Shown in pieces: positions 11,122-19,826 of a DNA stretch of 64,000 bases. The number at the start of each line of letters is the position of its first letter. Within the stretch, counting starts at the first letter, position 1. This DNA is from an uncultured Gemmatimonadales bacterium. Lineage in GTDB: Bacteria > Gemmatimonadota > Gemmatimonadetes > Gemmatimonadales > GWC2-71-9. The stretch is from assembly GCA_963795085.1 (NCBI GenBank), contig CAWCFX010000001.1, positions 896,001 through 960,000 of the forward strand, in the 5' to 3' direction. The position numbers and the translations under genes were made by a program. The notes under the pieces were generated by a model that was not told the DNA's origin, ran no database searches, and saw nothing but the letters and a program-made list of their open reading frames with translations.

Positions 11122-11179
11122 TTCGCGTCTTCGCGTCACGAGTTTCTTGCCCCTCGCGCTCCGGGAGAGTCCGGGTCAC

Positions 11180-11860
11180 GTGAAACTGCTGGCACCGCTG
11201 GAACGCGCCTTTTACGCTGTCATTGGCCCGCTGGTCCGGCGGCTGATCAGCACCGGGATCCGGCCGAACACCATCACGACCATCGGGACCGGCCTGGTGC
11301 TGCTGTCGGCGGTAGCCTACGGAATGGGGTGGATCCGGGCCGGCGGGGCGCTGTTGCTGCTGAGCGGGGTGGTGGATACGCTGGACGGCCAGGTGGCGCG
11401 GTCCACCGGGCAGGTTACCAAGTTCGGCGCCTTCTACGATTCCACCCTCGACCGGGTGGGCGACGGGGCCACCTTCATCGGGATCGCGACCTATCTGCTG
11501 GTGGCCCCGGACGTGGCCTGGCGCATCCCGGCGGTGGTGGTCTGCATGATCGCGATCCTCGCGTCCCTGCTGGTGTCGTACGCCCGGGCCCGGGCCGAAG
11601 GGCTGGGGCTGGACTGCAAGGTGGGCATCGCGCAGCGGGCCGAGCGGATCGTGCTGCTGGGCGTGGCCTCGGTGCTGGTGGGGGCAGGCCCCCGGGCGAT
11701 GGTGCTGATCGTGATCGTGGGGCTGCTGGCGCTGGCCTCGCTGATCACCGTGGTGCAGCGGTTCGTGTATGTCTATCAGGTTACCAACGGCGCAGCGGCG
11801 CTACCCGGCCGGCCGGAGGATCTCTCTCCGCCGCTGGATACTCTTGTGAAAGGACGCTAG
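11180..11860 (+). CDS. CDP-alcohol phosphatidyltransferase (phosphatidylinositol-phosphate synthase-like)
   Basis: DTLDGQVAR..GAFYDSTLDR motif, PNTIT and VSYARARAE; directly upstream of ino1. Confidence 0.88.
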   Translation: MKLLAPLERAFYAVIGPLVRRLISTGIRPNTITTIGTGLVLLSAVAYGMGWIRAGGALLLLSGVVDTLDGQVARSTGQVTKFGAFYDSTLDRVGDGATFIGIATYLLVAPDVAWRIPAVVVCMIAILASLLVSYARARAEGLGLDCKVGIAQRAERIVLLGVASVLVGAGPRAMVLIVIVGLLALASLITVVQRFVYVYQVTNGAAALPGRPEDLSPPLDTLVKGR

Positions 11861-11862
11861 CA

Positions 11863-13191
11863 GTGGCGAAGTCGACTTCCCGTGAGGTGCAGCCGGCCAA
11901 CGGCAAGCTTGGAGTTCTCTGTGTCGGACTCGGCGCGGTTGCCTCGACGTTCATTGCCGGGGTGGAACTGGCCCGGCGCGGCCAGGGCAAGCCGGTCGGG
12001 TCGCTCACCCAGATGGGGACCATCCGGCTGGGCAAGCGCACCGACGCGCGGGCCCCGTTCATCAAGGACTTCGTCCCCCTGGCCACGCTGGACGACCTGG
12101 TCTTCGGCGCCTGGGACCCGGTCCCGGACGATTGCTACGAGTCCTGTCTCCACTGCGGCGTGCTGGACAAGCACGAGCACGTGCATCCCATCAAGGATTT
12201 CCTCAAGGGCATCGAGCCGATGCCGGCGGTGTTCGACCAGGCCTACGTCAAGCGGCTGACCGGCACCAACGTGAAGACGGGGAAGAACAAGCGGGAACTG
12301 GCCGAAGCCCTCCGGAAGGACATCCGGGACTTCAAGAAGAAGCACAACTGCGACCGGCTGGTCATGGTGTGGTGCGCCTCGACCGAGATTTTCATCACGG
12401 CCGGGCCGGCGCACCAGACCCTGGCGAGCTTCGAGCAGGCCATGGAGGCCAACGATCCCTCGATCGCGCCGTCCATGCTGTATGCCTACGCGTCGATCAT
12501 GGAAGGGGTGCCGTTCGCCAACGGGGCGCCCAACCTGACCTGCGACATCCCGGCCATCGAGAAGCTGGCTCGCGACAAGGGCGTGCCCATCGGCGGCAAG
12601 GATTTCAAGACCGGCCAGACCATGCTCAAGACGGTGCTCTCGCCGATGTTCAAGGCGCGGATGCTGGGGGTGGCCGGCTGGTACTCCACCAACATCCTGG
12701 GCAACCGGGATGGCGAGGTGCTGGACGACCCGGAGAGCTTCAAGACCAAGGAAGAGTCCAAGCTGGGCGTCCTGGAGTACATCCTGCAGCCCAAGGTCTA
12801 TCCCGAGCTGTACGGCGAGATGTATCACAAGGTGCGGATCAACTACTATCCGCCCCGGGGCGATAACAAGGAAGGCTGGGACAACATCGATATCTTCGGG
12901 TGGATGGGTTACCCGATGCAGATCAAGGTGGACTTCCTCTGCCGCGACTCCATCCTGGCGGCGCCGCTGGTCCTCGACCTGGCCCTGTTCTTCGACCTGG
13001 CGCATCGAGCCGGGATGGGGGGCATCCAGGAGTGGCTGTCGTTCTATTTCAAGAGCCCGCAGTTCGCCGAAGGCCTCTACCCGGAGCACGACCTGTTCAT
13101 CCAGCAGACCAAGCTCAAGAACACGCTGCGCTGGATGATGGGCGAGGATCAGATCACCCACCTGGGGATCGAGTACTACCAGGAAGCCTAG
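11863..13191 (+). CDS. ino1: myo-inositol-1(3)-phosphate synthase
   Basis: GLGAVA, NGAPN, GKDFKTGQT, NILGNRDG and CRDSILAAPLVLDL motifs; GTG start with AGGA RBS. Confidence 0.93.
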   Translation: MAKSTSREVQPANGKLGVLCVGLGAVASTFIAGVELARRGQGKPVGSLTQMGTIRLGKRTDARAPFIKDFVPLATLDDLVFGAWDPVPDDCYESCLHCGVLDKHEHVHPIKDFLKGIEPMPAVFDQAYVKRLTGTNVKTGKNKRELAEALRKDIRDFKKKHNCDRLVMVWCASTEIFITAGPAHQTLASFEQAMEANDPSIAPSMLYAYASIMEGVPFANGAPNLTCDIPAIEKLARDKGVPIGGKDFKTGQTMLKTVLSPMFKARMLGVAGWYSTNILGNRDGEVLDDPESFKTKEESKLGVLEYILQPKVYPELYGEMYHKVRINYYPPRGDNKEGWDNIDIFGWMGYPMQIKVDFLCRDSILAAPLVLDLALFFDLAHRAGMGGIQEWLSFYFKSPQFAEGLYPEHDLFIQQTKLKNTLRWMMGEDQITHLGIEYYQEA

Positions 13192-13209
13192 GCGCCGGGC
13201 GAATTCCCC

Positions 13210-14484
13210 ATGCCCTGGTTCTTGCCCGTGCTCGCGCTCCTGGCGGCGCCGGTGCTCGGGTGTTCCCGGGCCCCGGCCGAGGCGCCGGTCCGCGGCCGCT
13301 GGGAGGGCGTCGTTGCGGCGCCGTCGGGCCCGGCCCTGGTGCAGCTCGATTTCAGGAACGCCGGGGAAGGGCTCGAGGGGCGGATCAGCGTCCCGGGGGA
13401 ACGGCTTCTCGGGAAGAAGCTGCACGAGGTTACCCTGCAGGGAAGCACCCTTCGGTTCGTCATTCCCGCCCACGCCGGGCCGCTCCGCTTTTCAGGATCG
13501 GTCACCCGCGATTCAATCACCGGCATCGCCTCGAACGGCGCAACTTCAGTTCCCCTCCGGCTCACTCACCGGGGCGATACGCCGCGGCCGCCCTACCGGG
13601 AGCTGGAGGTCGGCTTCCGGAACGGCGGGGACAGCCTGGCGGGCTCGCTCCTCCTCCCTCCCGGGCCGAAGCCGCCGGTGGTCGTGCTGGCCCACGGCTC
13701 CAGCACGCCGGACCGGGACGATTTCCGGTATTACGCCGACCTCTTTGCCCGGGCAGGGATCGCCGCCTTCATCTACGACAAGCGGGATACCGGCCCCGAG
13801 ACCGACGGAGGAAGCGTGTCCCTGCAGGTGCTCGCGGGGGACCTGGCCGCGGCGGCGGCGGCCCTGCGATCCCGTCCGGAAGTCGACGGTACCCGGATCG
13901 GCCTGTTCGGCTTCAGCCAGGGCGGGTGGCTGCTGCCGGTCGTGGCCGCGAGGGAAGAGTTCGCCTTCCTGGTGGCGCTGTCGGGGCCCGGGGTCACTTA
14001 CGCGGAAGTGAATCGTTTCGCCGACCGGGCCCGACTCCTGCGCGAGGGATTCTCCGATCCCGACCAGAAGGCCGCGGATCGGGCCCTGGCCCGGCTCGAC
14101 GAGTACGCCCGCCGGGGCACCGATCCCGCTGATTTACAAACGGTGCTGGATGAAGCCCACCGCCATCCCTGGGCCGGCCGGATCAATCTGCCCCGGAAGG
14201 TTCCGACCCGGTCCGATCTGGCCGGCCATCTCCGCTGGCTCGATCTCGACTTCGATCCCGCGCCGCTCTGGCGGCAGGTAACGGCGCCGGTCCTGCTGCT
14301 GTACGGGGAACTCGACGAGAATGTCCCGCCGGGGCGCAGTGCGGCACGAATCCGGGACGCGCTCGATCGGGGCGGCAACCGGGACGTGACCGTCCTGGTC
14401 TATCCCGGCGCCGGCCACGAGCTTCTCCCGGCTCCTTCCCTGGAAGAGGACCTGGTCCGGTGGATGCTCGGCCGCTTTCGCTGA
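13210..14484 (+). CDS. Exported alpha/beta hydrolase
   Basis: HGS, YDKR, GFSQGG nucleophile elbow, GELD and GAGH; signal peptide/lipobox. Confidence 0.85.
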   Translation: MPWFLPVLALLAAPVLGCSRAPAEAPVRGRWEGVVAAPSGPALVQLDFRNAGEGLEGRISVPGERLLGKKLHEVTLQGSTLRFVIPAHAGPLRFSGSVTRDSITGIASNGATSVPLRLTHRGDTPRPPYRELEVGFRNGGDSLAGSLLLPPGPKPPVVVLAHGSSTPDRDDFRYYADLFARAGIAAFIYDKRDTGPETDGGSVSLQVLAGDLAAAAAALRSRPEVDGTRIGLFGFSQGGWLLPVVAAREEFAFLVALSGPGVTYAEVNRFADRARLLREGFSDPDQKAADRALARLDEYARRGTDPADLQTVLDEAHRHPWAGRINLPRKVPTRSDLAGHLRWLDLDFDPAPLWRQVTAPVLLLYGELDENVPPGRSAARIRDALDRGGNRDVTVLVYPGAGHELLPAPSLEEDLVRWMLGRFR

Positions 14485-14498
14485 GCCGCGCGATCCGC

Positions 14499-14527
14499 TT
14501 GCATCACTCTACGCCCGCCGCTACCCT
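14499..14527 (+). promoter_or_regulatory. Sigma70-type promoter, probably giving a leaderless mRNA
   Basis: TTGCAT-17 nt-TACCCT, with ATG 7 nt after the -10 box. Confidence 0.5.
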
Positions 14528-14534
14528 TTCAGCC

Positions 14535-14825
14535 ATGAAATATTTCCACCGCACCAGCCTCGCCCCCGACCTGGTCCTTGAGAAGGCGACCACTTATTTC
14601 GGGCGCAAGCTTACCCCCACCGAAGAGGCGCCCCGGCACCGGGAGTATTCGGGGCGCATCGGCCGGATCCGGCTGGACATCGAAGCGGAAGGCGGGCACT
14701 ACACCACCGTGACCGTGGCGACCGACCAGCCGGGGGAGAGCGAGGCCGACAAGATGGCCAAGCGGTTCCTGACCCTGGTCCACACCATGGCCCACCCGGA
14801 GCACGATCCCCGAGGGGCGTATTAG
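14535..14825 (+). CDS. Hypothetical protein (96 aa)
   Basis: ATG start behind a promoter; GC3-biased codons; fills the gap between genes. Confidence 0.7.
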   Translation: MKYFHRTSLAPDLVLEKATTYFGRKLTPTEEAPRHREYSGRIGRIRLDIEAEGGHYTTVTVATDQPGESEADKMAKRFLTLVHTMAHPEHDPRGAY

Positions 14826-14904
14826 GAGTGCAGAGTGCAGAGTGCAGAGTGCCGAGTGCAGAGTACAGGGTGCGCTCTGTACTCTGCCCTCGGCACTCTG
14901 TACT
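14826..14904. repeat. GAGTGCA heptamer tandem plus inverted copies forming a ~30-bp hairpin
   Basis: Seven forward units followed by CTCTGTA CTCTGCC CTCGGCA CTCTGTA. Confidence 0.88.
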
Positions 14905-14911
14905 TTCCCTC

Positions 14912-15127
14912 ATGGCTCACCTGCGGCTCAATATCGCCGGCATGACCGGACTTCCCTGCCAACAGAAGATTGAACGGGCCCTGCATGCATTGCCCGGGAT
15001 GTACAGCGCCGTGGTCTGCCTCGACCGGGGCTATGCCGACGTGGAGTTCGGCGAGGACCGGCTCAGCGGCGACGACGTGATCGAGGCGATCAACCGCGCC
15101 GGGTACCAGGCCCGGCTGGGCGGCTAG
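14912..15127 (+). CDS. Heavy-metal-associated (HMA/CopZ-like) domain protein with an atypical metal motif
   Basis: LNIAGMTGLPCQQKIERAL...AGY fits the HMA pattern, but the first Cys of CxxC is Gly. Confidence 0.8.
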   Translation: MAHLRLNIAGMTGLPCQQKIERALHALPGMYSAVVCLDRGYADVEFGEDRLSGDDVIEAINRAGYQARLGG

Positions 15128-15133
15128 CCCCCG

Positions 15134-16426
15134 TCAGGCAATACCCTTCCGAATCGCTTCCAGGATTTTCTCCGAGAACAGGTCGATCTCGTCCAGCGTC
15201 GTGTAGACGTTGGGGGTGACCCGGATGCCGGTGAACTCGGGGTGATTGATCGGGGTGGACACGATCCGGTGCTTGTCGAACAGCCAGCTCACCAGCCGGT
15301 TGGTCTCCAGCCCTTCCACGTGAATCAGCCCGATGGCCCCGGAATAGGGGCTGTCCAGCGGCGTCAGGATCCGGACCCGGTCGCTTTCTCCCTTGAGCCG
15401 CTTGGCCCAGCGGTCCCGGAGCAGCCGGAGCCGGGCGACCTTCCGCTCCGCCCCGATGCCCCGGTGAAAGGCGAGGGCCGCGCTGATGGCGTTGTGATTG
15501 GCCGCCGGGTGGGTGCCGATCTCCTCGTACTTCCTGATATTCTCGTCCATGCCGGCCGGAGCCGCCATCATCGGCCACAGGCGCTTCTGTTTCGACTGGC
15601 TGACGTACAGGAACCCGGTGCCGATCGGCGCCAGCAGCCACTTGTGGAGGCTGGTGCCATAGTAGTCGCAGCCCAGCTCGTCGCGGGTGAAGGGGAAGTG
15701 CGCGTAGGCATGGGCTCCGTCCACGAACACTTCGATTCCCCGGGGGCGTCCCAGCTCGACCAGCTCCCGGACCGGCATGATCTGGCCGGTCAGGTTGGTG
15801 ATGTGAGGGACCTCGATGATCCGGGTTCGCGGCGTCAGCGCCTGGCGGAACTGGTCCACGATATACTGCTGCGAGGGGGGCGGGACCTTGAAGGAAATCT
15901 GCTTGAGGACGATGCCGTCCCGCCGGACCCGCTGGTCCCAGGTGGTGAGCATCCGGCCGTAGTTCTGGTTGGTCACCACCACCTCGTCGCCCGGCGAGAG
16001 GTCCAGGCCCAGGATCATCGTCTCCAGCGACTCGGAGGCGTTCCGGGTAATGGCCATCTCCTCGGGATCGCATCCGAAATCCCGCGCCAGGTCCCGCCGG
16101 ACGCTTTCCACCCTGGGCTCCAGCACCCGCCACATGTGGTCCACCGGCAACTCGTTGCTGAACCGGAGGTCGCGGATCATGGCTTCGAGCACGTGGGTGG
16201 GGCAGGGACTGCAGCCGCCGTTGTTGAGGTTGACCATGGTCCGGTCGGCGTCGAAGGCGCGCTGGATCTCCTGCCAGTAGGCCTCGTCGCCCGCCAGTTC
16301 GGCGGCCGGACGGCTGCCCGCCACCCGGGAGGCTTCCTCCAGTTGCCGGATGGCACTGGGGCGGAACACCGGCGCGGCGAATGCTGCCCCGGCCAGCGTG
16401 GAAAGAAAGGCGCGACGATTGGCCAT
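15134..16426 (-). CDS. Class V PLP-dependent aminotransferase (isopenicillin-N-epimerase-like) with Tat signal
   Basis: N-terminal NRRAFL; VDGAH and TSLHKWL PLP-lysine motifs. Confidence 0.88.
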   Translation of the reverse strand: MANRRAFLSTLAGAAFAAPVFRPSAIRQLEEASRVAGSRPAAELAGDEAYWQEIQRAFDADRTMVNLNNGGCSPCPTHVLEAMIRDLRFSNELPVDHMWRVLEPRVESVRRDLARDFGCDPEEMAITRNASESLETMILGLDLSPGDEVVVTNQNYGRMLTTWDQRVRRDGIVLKQISFKVPPPSQQYIVDQFRQALTPRTRIIEVPHITNLTGQIMPVRELVELGRPRGIEVFVDGAHAYAHFPFTRDELGCDYYGTSLHKWLLAPIGTGFLYVSQSKQKRLWPMMAAPAGMDENIRKYEEIGTHPAANHNAISAALAFHRGIGAERKVARLRLLRDRWAKRLKGESDRVRILTPLDSPYSGAIGLIHVEGLETNRLVSWLFDKHRIVSTPINHPEFTGIRVTPNVYTTLDEIDLFSEKILEAIRKGIA

Positions 16427-16636
16427 GAAGGGATTTCCGGGGTGGAGGGTGAATCCAAACTAAGGCGGGGCGGCGGGGAGAGCCACTTTTCCGAAGCGCC
16501 CAGAGACGGCGGGCCGACTCGCCCAGGCCCGTAGTACAGGCCCATGCTACGAGGTGTCCGGCCAACTTGACTCCCGGTGGCTGCGAGTAAAACTTTCTCC
16601 CCCACTTTGTTATCTCGCGTCCCCGTCAGGGCTTCC

Positions 16637-17743
16637 ATGGTTTCCAGCACCGCCCCTGCTGCCACCAGCACCGATCCCCCGGCGAACCTGTCCACCGACC
16701 AGTTGCTGGAGATGTACTACTATCTCCGGCTGACCCGGTCGCTGGAGGAGCGCCTGGTGAATCTGTACCGGCAGACCAGGGTCATCGGGGGACTCTTCCG
16801 GTCGCTGGGCCAGGAAGGGGAGAGCGTTGGCAGCGCCTACGCCCTCGACCGGAGCCAGGGAGACTTTCTCTCTCCGCTGATCCGCAACCTGGGTTCCATG
16901 CTGGTCCAGGGGGCCACCCCCCTCGAGATCCTCCGTCAGTACATGGCCAAGGCGGAGAGCCCCACCCGGGGACGGGAGCTGAACATCCACTTCGGGGACC
17001 TCACCCGGGGGTTCATCGGCCAGATTTCTCACCTGGGGGACATGATCCCGGTCATGGCCGGGGTGGCCCTCTCCTTCAAGATGCGCAACGAGCCCCGGGT
17101 CGCGCTGGCGTACGTCGGCGACGGGGCCATGAGCACGGGCGCCTTTCACGAGGGCATCAACTTCGCCGCCGTGCAGCGGCTGCCCCTGGTGATCATCTGT
17201 GAAAACAACGGATGGGCCTACTCCACGCCCGGCCACCGGCAGACGGCGGTGAAACAGTTGAGCGACAAGGCGAAAGCCTACGGCATTCCCGGGGTGCGCT
17301 GCGACGGCAACGACGTGCTGGCCTGCTACGAGTTGACCCGCGCCGCCGTCGAACGCGCCCGCGCCGGAGGCGGCGCGACCCTGGTCGAGTTCGTGACCTA
17401 CCGCCGGAAGGGCCACGCCGAGCATGACAACCAGTCATATCAGCCGAAGGCCCAGATCGCCGAATGGGAGAAGAACGATCCGGTGGACCGCTATGTGAAG
17501 CGGCTGCTGGACTCCGGGTGGGCCGCCGGCCCGGCCCTCGCCGCCATCGATGAGCGGGTCCAGGCTGAGCTGGACGCGGCGGTCTCCCTCTGTGAAAACG
17601 AGCCGCTGCCCGACGCGGGCACCGCGCTCCAGGGCGTGTACGCTGACCCGGCCACCCTGGAGACCGAGTGGTACCGGGCGGTCAACTCCGGCGGTGAGGC
17701 GGCCCGCCGGGAGGAGGGGCCATCGCCCTGGCTGGCGCGGTAA
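16637..17743 (+). CDS. 2-oxoacid dehydrogenase E1 alpha subunit (copy 1)
   Basis: LGQE, GDGA..ENN ThDP motif and YRRKGHAEHD; start could instead be GTG 16577. Confidence 0.9.
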   Translation: MVSSTAPAATSTDPPANLSTDQLLEMYYYLRLTRSLEERLVNLYRQTRVIGGLFRSLGQEGESVGSAYALDRSQGDFLSPLIRNLGSMLVQGATPLEILRQYMAKAESPTRGRELNIHFGDLTRGFIGQISHLGDMIPVMAGVALSFKMRNEPRVALAYVGDGAMSTGAFHEGINFAAVQRLPLVIICENNGWAYSTPGHRQTAVKQLSDKAKAYGIPGVRCDGNDVLACYELTRAAVERARAGGGATLVEFVTYRRKGHAEHDNQSYQPKAQIAEWEKNDPVDRYVKRLLDSGWAAGPALAAIDERVQAELDAAVSLCENEPLPDAGTALQGVYADPATLETEWYRAVNSGGEAARREEGPSPWLAR

Positions 17744-18714
17744 TGCCGGCCGGACTGGAGCGGCACCAGCTGCTCGAGTTGTACTATTACATGCGGCTGA
17801 CCCGCTCGCTCGAGGAGCGGCTGGTCAACCTCAAGCGGCAGATGAAAATCGCGGGCGGAGTGTACCGCTCCCTGGGGCAGGAAGCGGACACGGTAGGCAG
17901 CGCCTATGCCCTCGACCGGGCCCGGGGCGATGTGCTCTGCCCCATGATCCGCAACCTCGGCGCCATTCTCGTACAGGGCGCCGGCGTGGTCGAGATCCTG
18001 CGCCAGAACCTGGCCAAGGCGGGGGCCCCCAGCCGGGGCCGGGAAGCCAGCTTTCACTTTGCCGATCTCGGCCGGGGGTTCATCGGCCATATCGCGAACC
18101 TGGGCGACATGATCCCGGTGATGGCCGGGGTGGCGCTCTCGTTCCGGCTGAAACACGAATCCCGGGTCGCGCTGGTGTATTCCGGCGACGGGATGATGAG
18201 CACCGGGGCGTTTCACGAGGGGCTTAACTTCGCGGCGGTCCAGCGGCTTCCCCTGGTGGTGGTGTGTGAGAACAACGGGTATGCCTACTCCACGCCGGCC
18301 CGGAGGCAGACCCGGGTGGCATCGCTGCATCACAAGGCGGCTGCCTACGGCATCCCCGGCGTGGTGGCCGACGGCAACGACGTGCTGGCGGTGCACCAGG
18401 TGACGCGGGCGGCGGTGGAGCGGGCCCGCCGGGGGGAGGGTGTTACCCTGGTCGAACTGGTCACCTATCGCCGGACCGGGCACGCCGAGCATGACGACCA
18501 GGCCTACGTCCCGCCGGGCGAGGTGGCCCGGTGGGAGCAGACCGATCCGATTGCCGGCCTTGCGACCCGGGCGATCACCAGCGGCTGGCTGCACCCCGAG
18601 GAGCTGGCCGACACCGATCGCCGGATCGCCGTGCTGCTCGATGCGGCCATCGCGCAAGTCGAAGCCGAGCCTGATGTGCCCGCGGATTTTGCACTGGGAG
18701 ATGTGTATGCCTGA
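17743..18714 (+). CDS. 2-oxoacid dehydrogenase E1 alpha subunit (copy 2)
   Basis: GDGM..ENN and YRRTGHAEHD; TAATG overlap with copy 1. Confidence 0.9.
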   Translation: MPAGLERHQLLELYYYMRLTRSLEERLVNLKRQMKIAGGVYRSLGQEADTVGSAYALDRARGDVLCPMIRNLGAILVQGAGVVEILRQNLAKAGAPSRGREASFHFADLGRGFIGHIANLGDMIPVMAGVALSFRLKHESRVALVYSGDGMMSTGAFHEGLNFAAVQRLPLVVVCENNGYAYSTPARRQTRVASLHHKAAAYGIPGVVADGNDVLAVHQVTRAAVERARRGEGVTLVELVTYRRTGHAEHDDQAYVPPGEVARWEQTDPIAGLATRAITSGWLHPEELADTDRRIAVLLDAAIAQVEAEPDVPADFALGDVYA

Positions 18715-19687
18715 AGTGACCTACCTCGAAGCGCTGCGCCAGGGAATGTGGGAGGAGATGGAACGGGACGAGAACGTCTTCATCCTGGGCGAGGACATCG
18801 GGGCCTACGGCGGGGCGTTCAAGGTGACCGATGGGTTCCTGAAGAAATTCGGGGAGGCCCGGGTCATTGACACCCCCATCGCGGAGGCGGCCATCGTGGG
18901 GGCCGCCGCGGGGGCGGCGCACATGGGGCTCCGGCCCATCGCGGAGATGCAGTTCATTGATTTCATCTCCTGTGCCTATGACATGCTGACCAATTACGTT
19001 GCCACCGCGCGCTACCGCGCCGGCCTGCCGACGCCGATGGTGGTGCGGGGACCCTCCGGCGGCTACGTGCGGGGCGGCCCCTTCCATTCCCAGAACCCGG
19101 AAGCGGCCTTCCTCCACACCCCGGGCCTCAAGATCGTCTGTCCGGCGACCGCCCGGGATGCCAAGGGGTTGATCAAGAGCGCCATCCGCGACGATGACCC
19201 GGTGCTTTATTTCGAGCACAAGTTCCTGTATCGGCGGATCAAGGAAGACCTGCCGGAGGACGAAGAGATCCTCACGCCGATCGGCAAGGCGCGCACCGCG
19301 CGGGAGGGGAAAGACCTGACGATCATCACCTGGTCGGCGATGGTCTGGAAGGCGCTGGAAGCCGCGGAGCGGCTGGAACGCGACGACGGGCTCTCGGTGG
19401 AGGTCATCGACCTCCGCTCGCTGCTGCCCATGGACGATGGCGCGATCATGGCCAGCGTGAGGAAGACCAACCGGGTGCTGGTGGCGCACGAAGACACCCG
19501 GACCGGGGGTGTGGCCGGCGAGATCACCGCCCGGATCAACGACCAGGCCTTCGAATGGCTGGATGCGCCGGTCAAGCGGGTGACCGCGCACGACGTGCCG
19601 CTGCCCTATGCGCCCACCCTGGAGGACTTCGTGCTGCCGCAGACGGAGGACCTCGTGGGTGCCGCGCGGTGGCTGGCGGCGTATTGA
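18707..19687 (+). CDS. 2-oxoacid dehydrogenase E1 beta subunit
   Basis: GEDIG, DTPIAE, EMQFIDF, FHSQ and IDLRSL motifs. Confidence 0.93.
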   Translation: MPEVTYLEALRQGMWEEMERDENVFILGEDIGAYGGAFKVTDGFLKKFGEARVIDTPIAEAAIVGAAAGAAHMGLRPIAEMQFIDFISCAYDMLTNYVATARYRAGLPTPMVVRGPSGGYVRGGPFHSQNPEAAFLHTPGLKIVCPATARDAKGLIKSAIRDDDPVLYFEHKFLYRRIKEDLPEDEEILTPIGKARTAREGKDLTIITWSAMVWKALEAAERLERDDGLSVEVIDLRSLLPMDDGAIMASVRKTNRVLVAHEDTRTGGVAGEITARINDQAFEWLDAPVKRVTAHDVPLPYAPTLEDFVLPQTEDLVGAARWLAAY

Positions 19688-19690
19688 GAA

Positions 19691-19738
19691 CAGGGGGCCA
19701 GGGGGTCAGTGGGCCAGTGGGTCAGTGGGTCAGTGGGA
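19691..19738. repeat. CAG(T/G)GGGN octamer x6
   Basis: CAGGGGGC CAGGGGGT CAGTGGGC CAGTGGGT CAGTGGGT CAGTGGGA. Confidence 0.8.
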
Positions 19739-19826
19739 CGAGGTCAGATTGCGGAGCGGGATCAGTGATGCGCGGCAGTGTTCTCGTCCGCCCGTCCGCC
19801 TGCCCGCCCTTTAAATGGAGAACAGC

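Noticed and set aside
10963..11179. Possible riboswitch upstream of the inositol operon
   Set aside because: Only small hairpins and a promoter are visible; no family consensus that I recognise.
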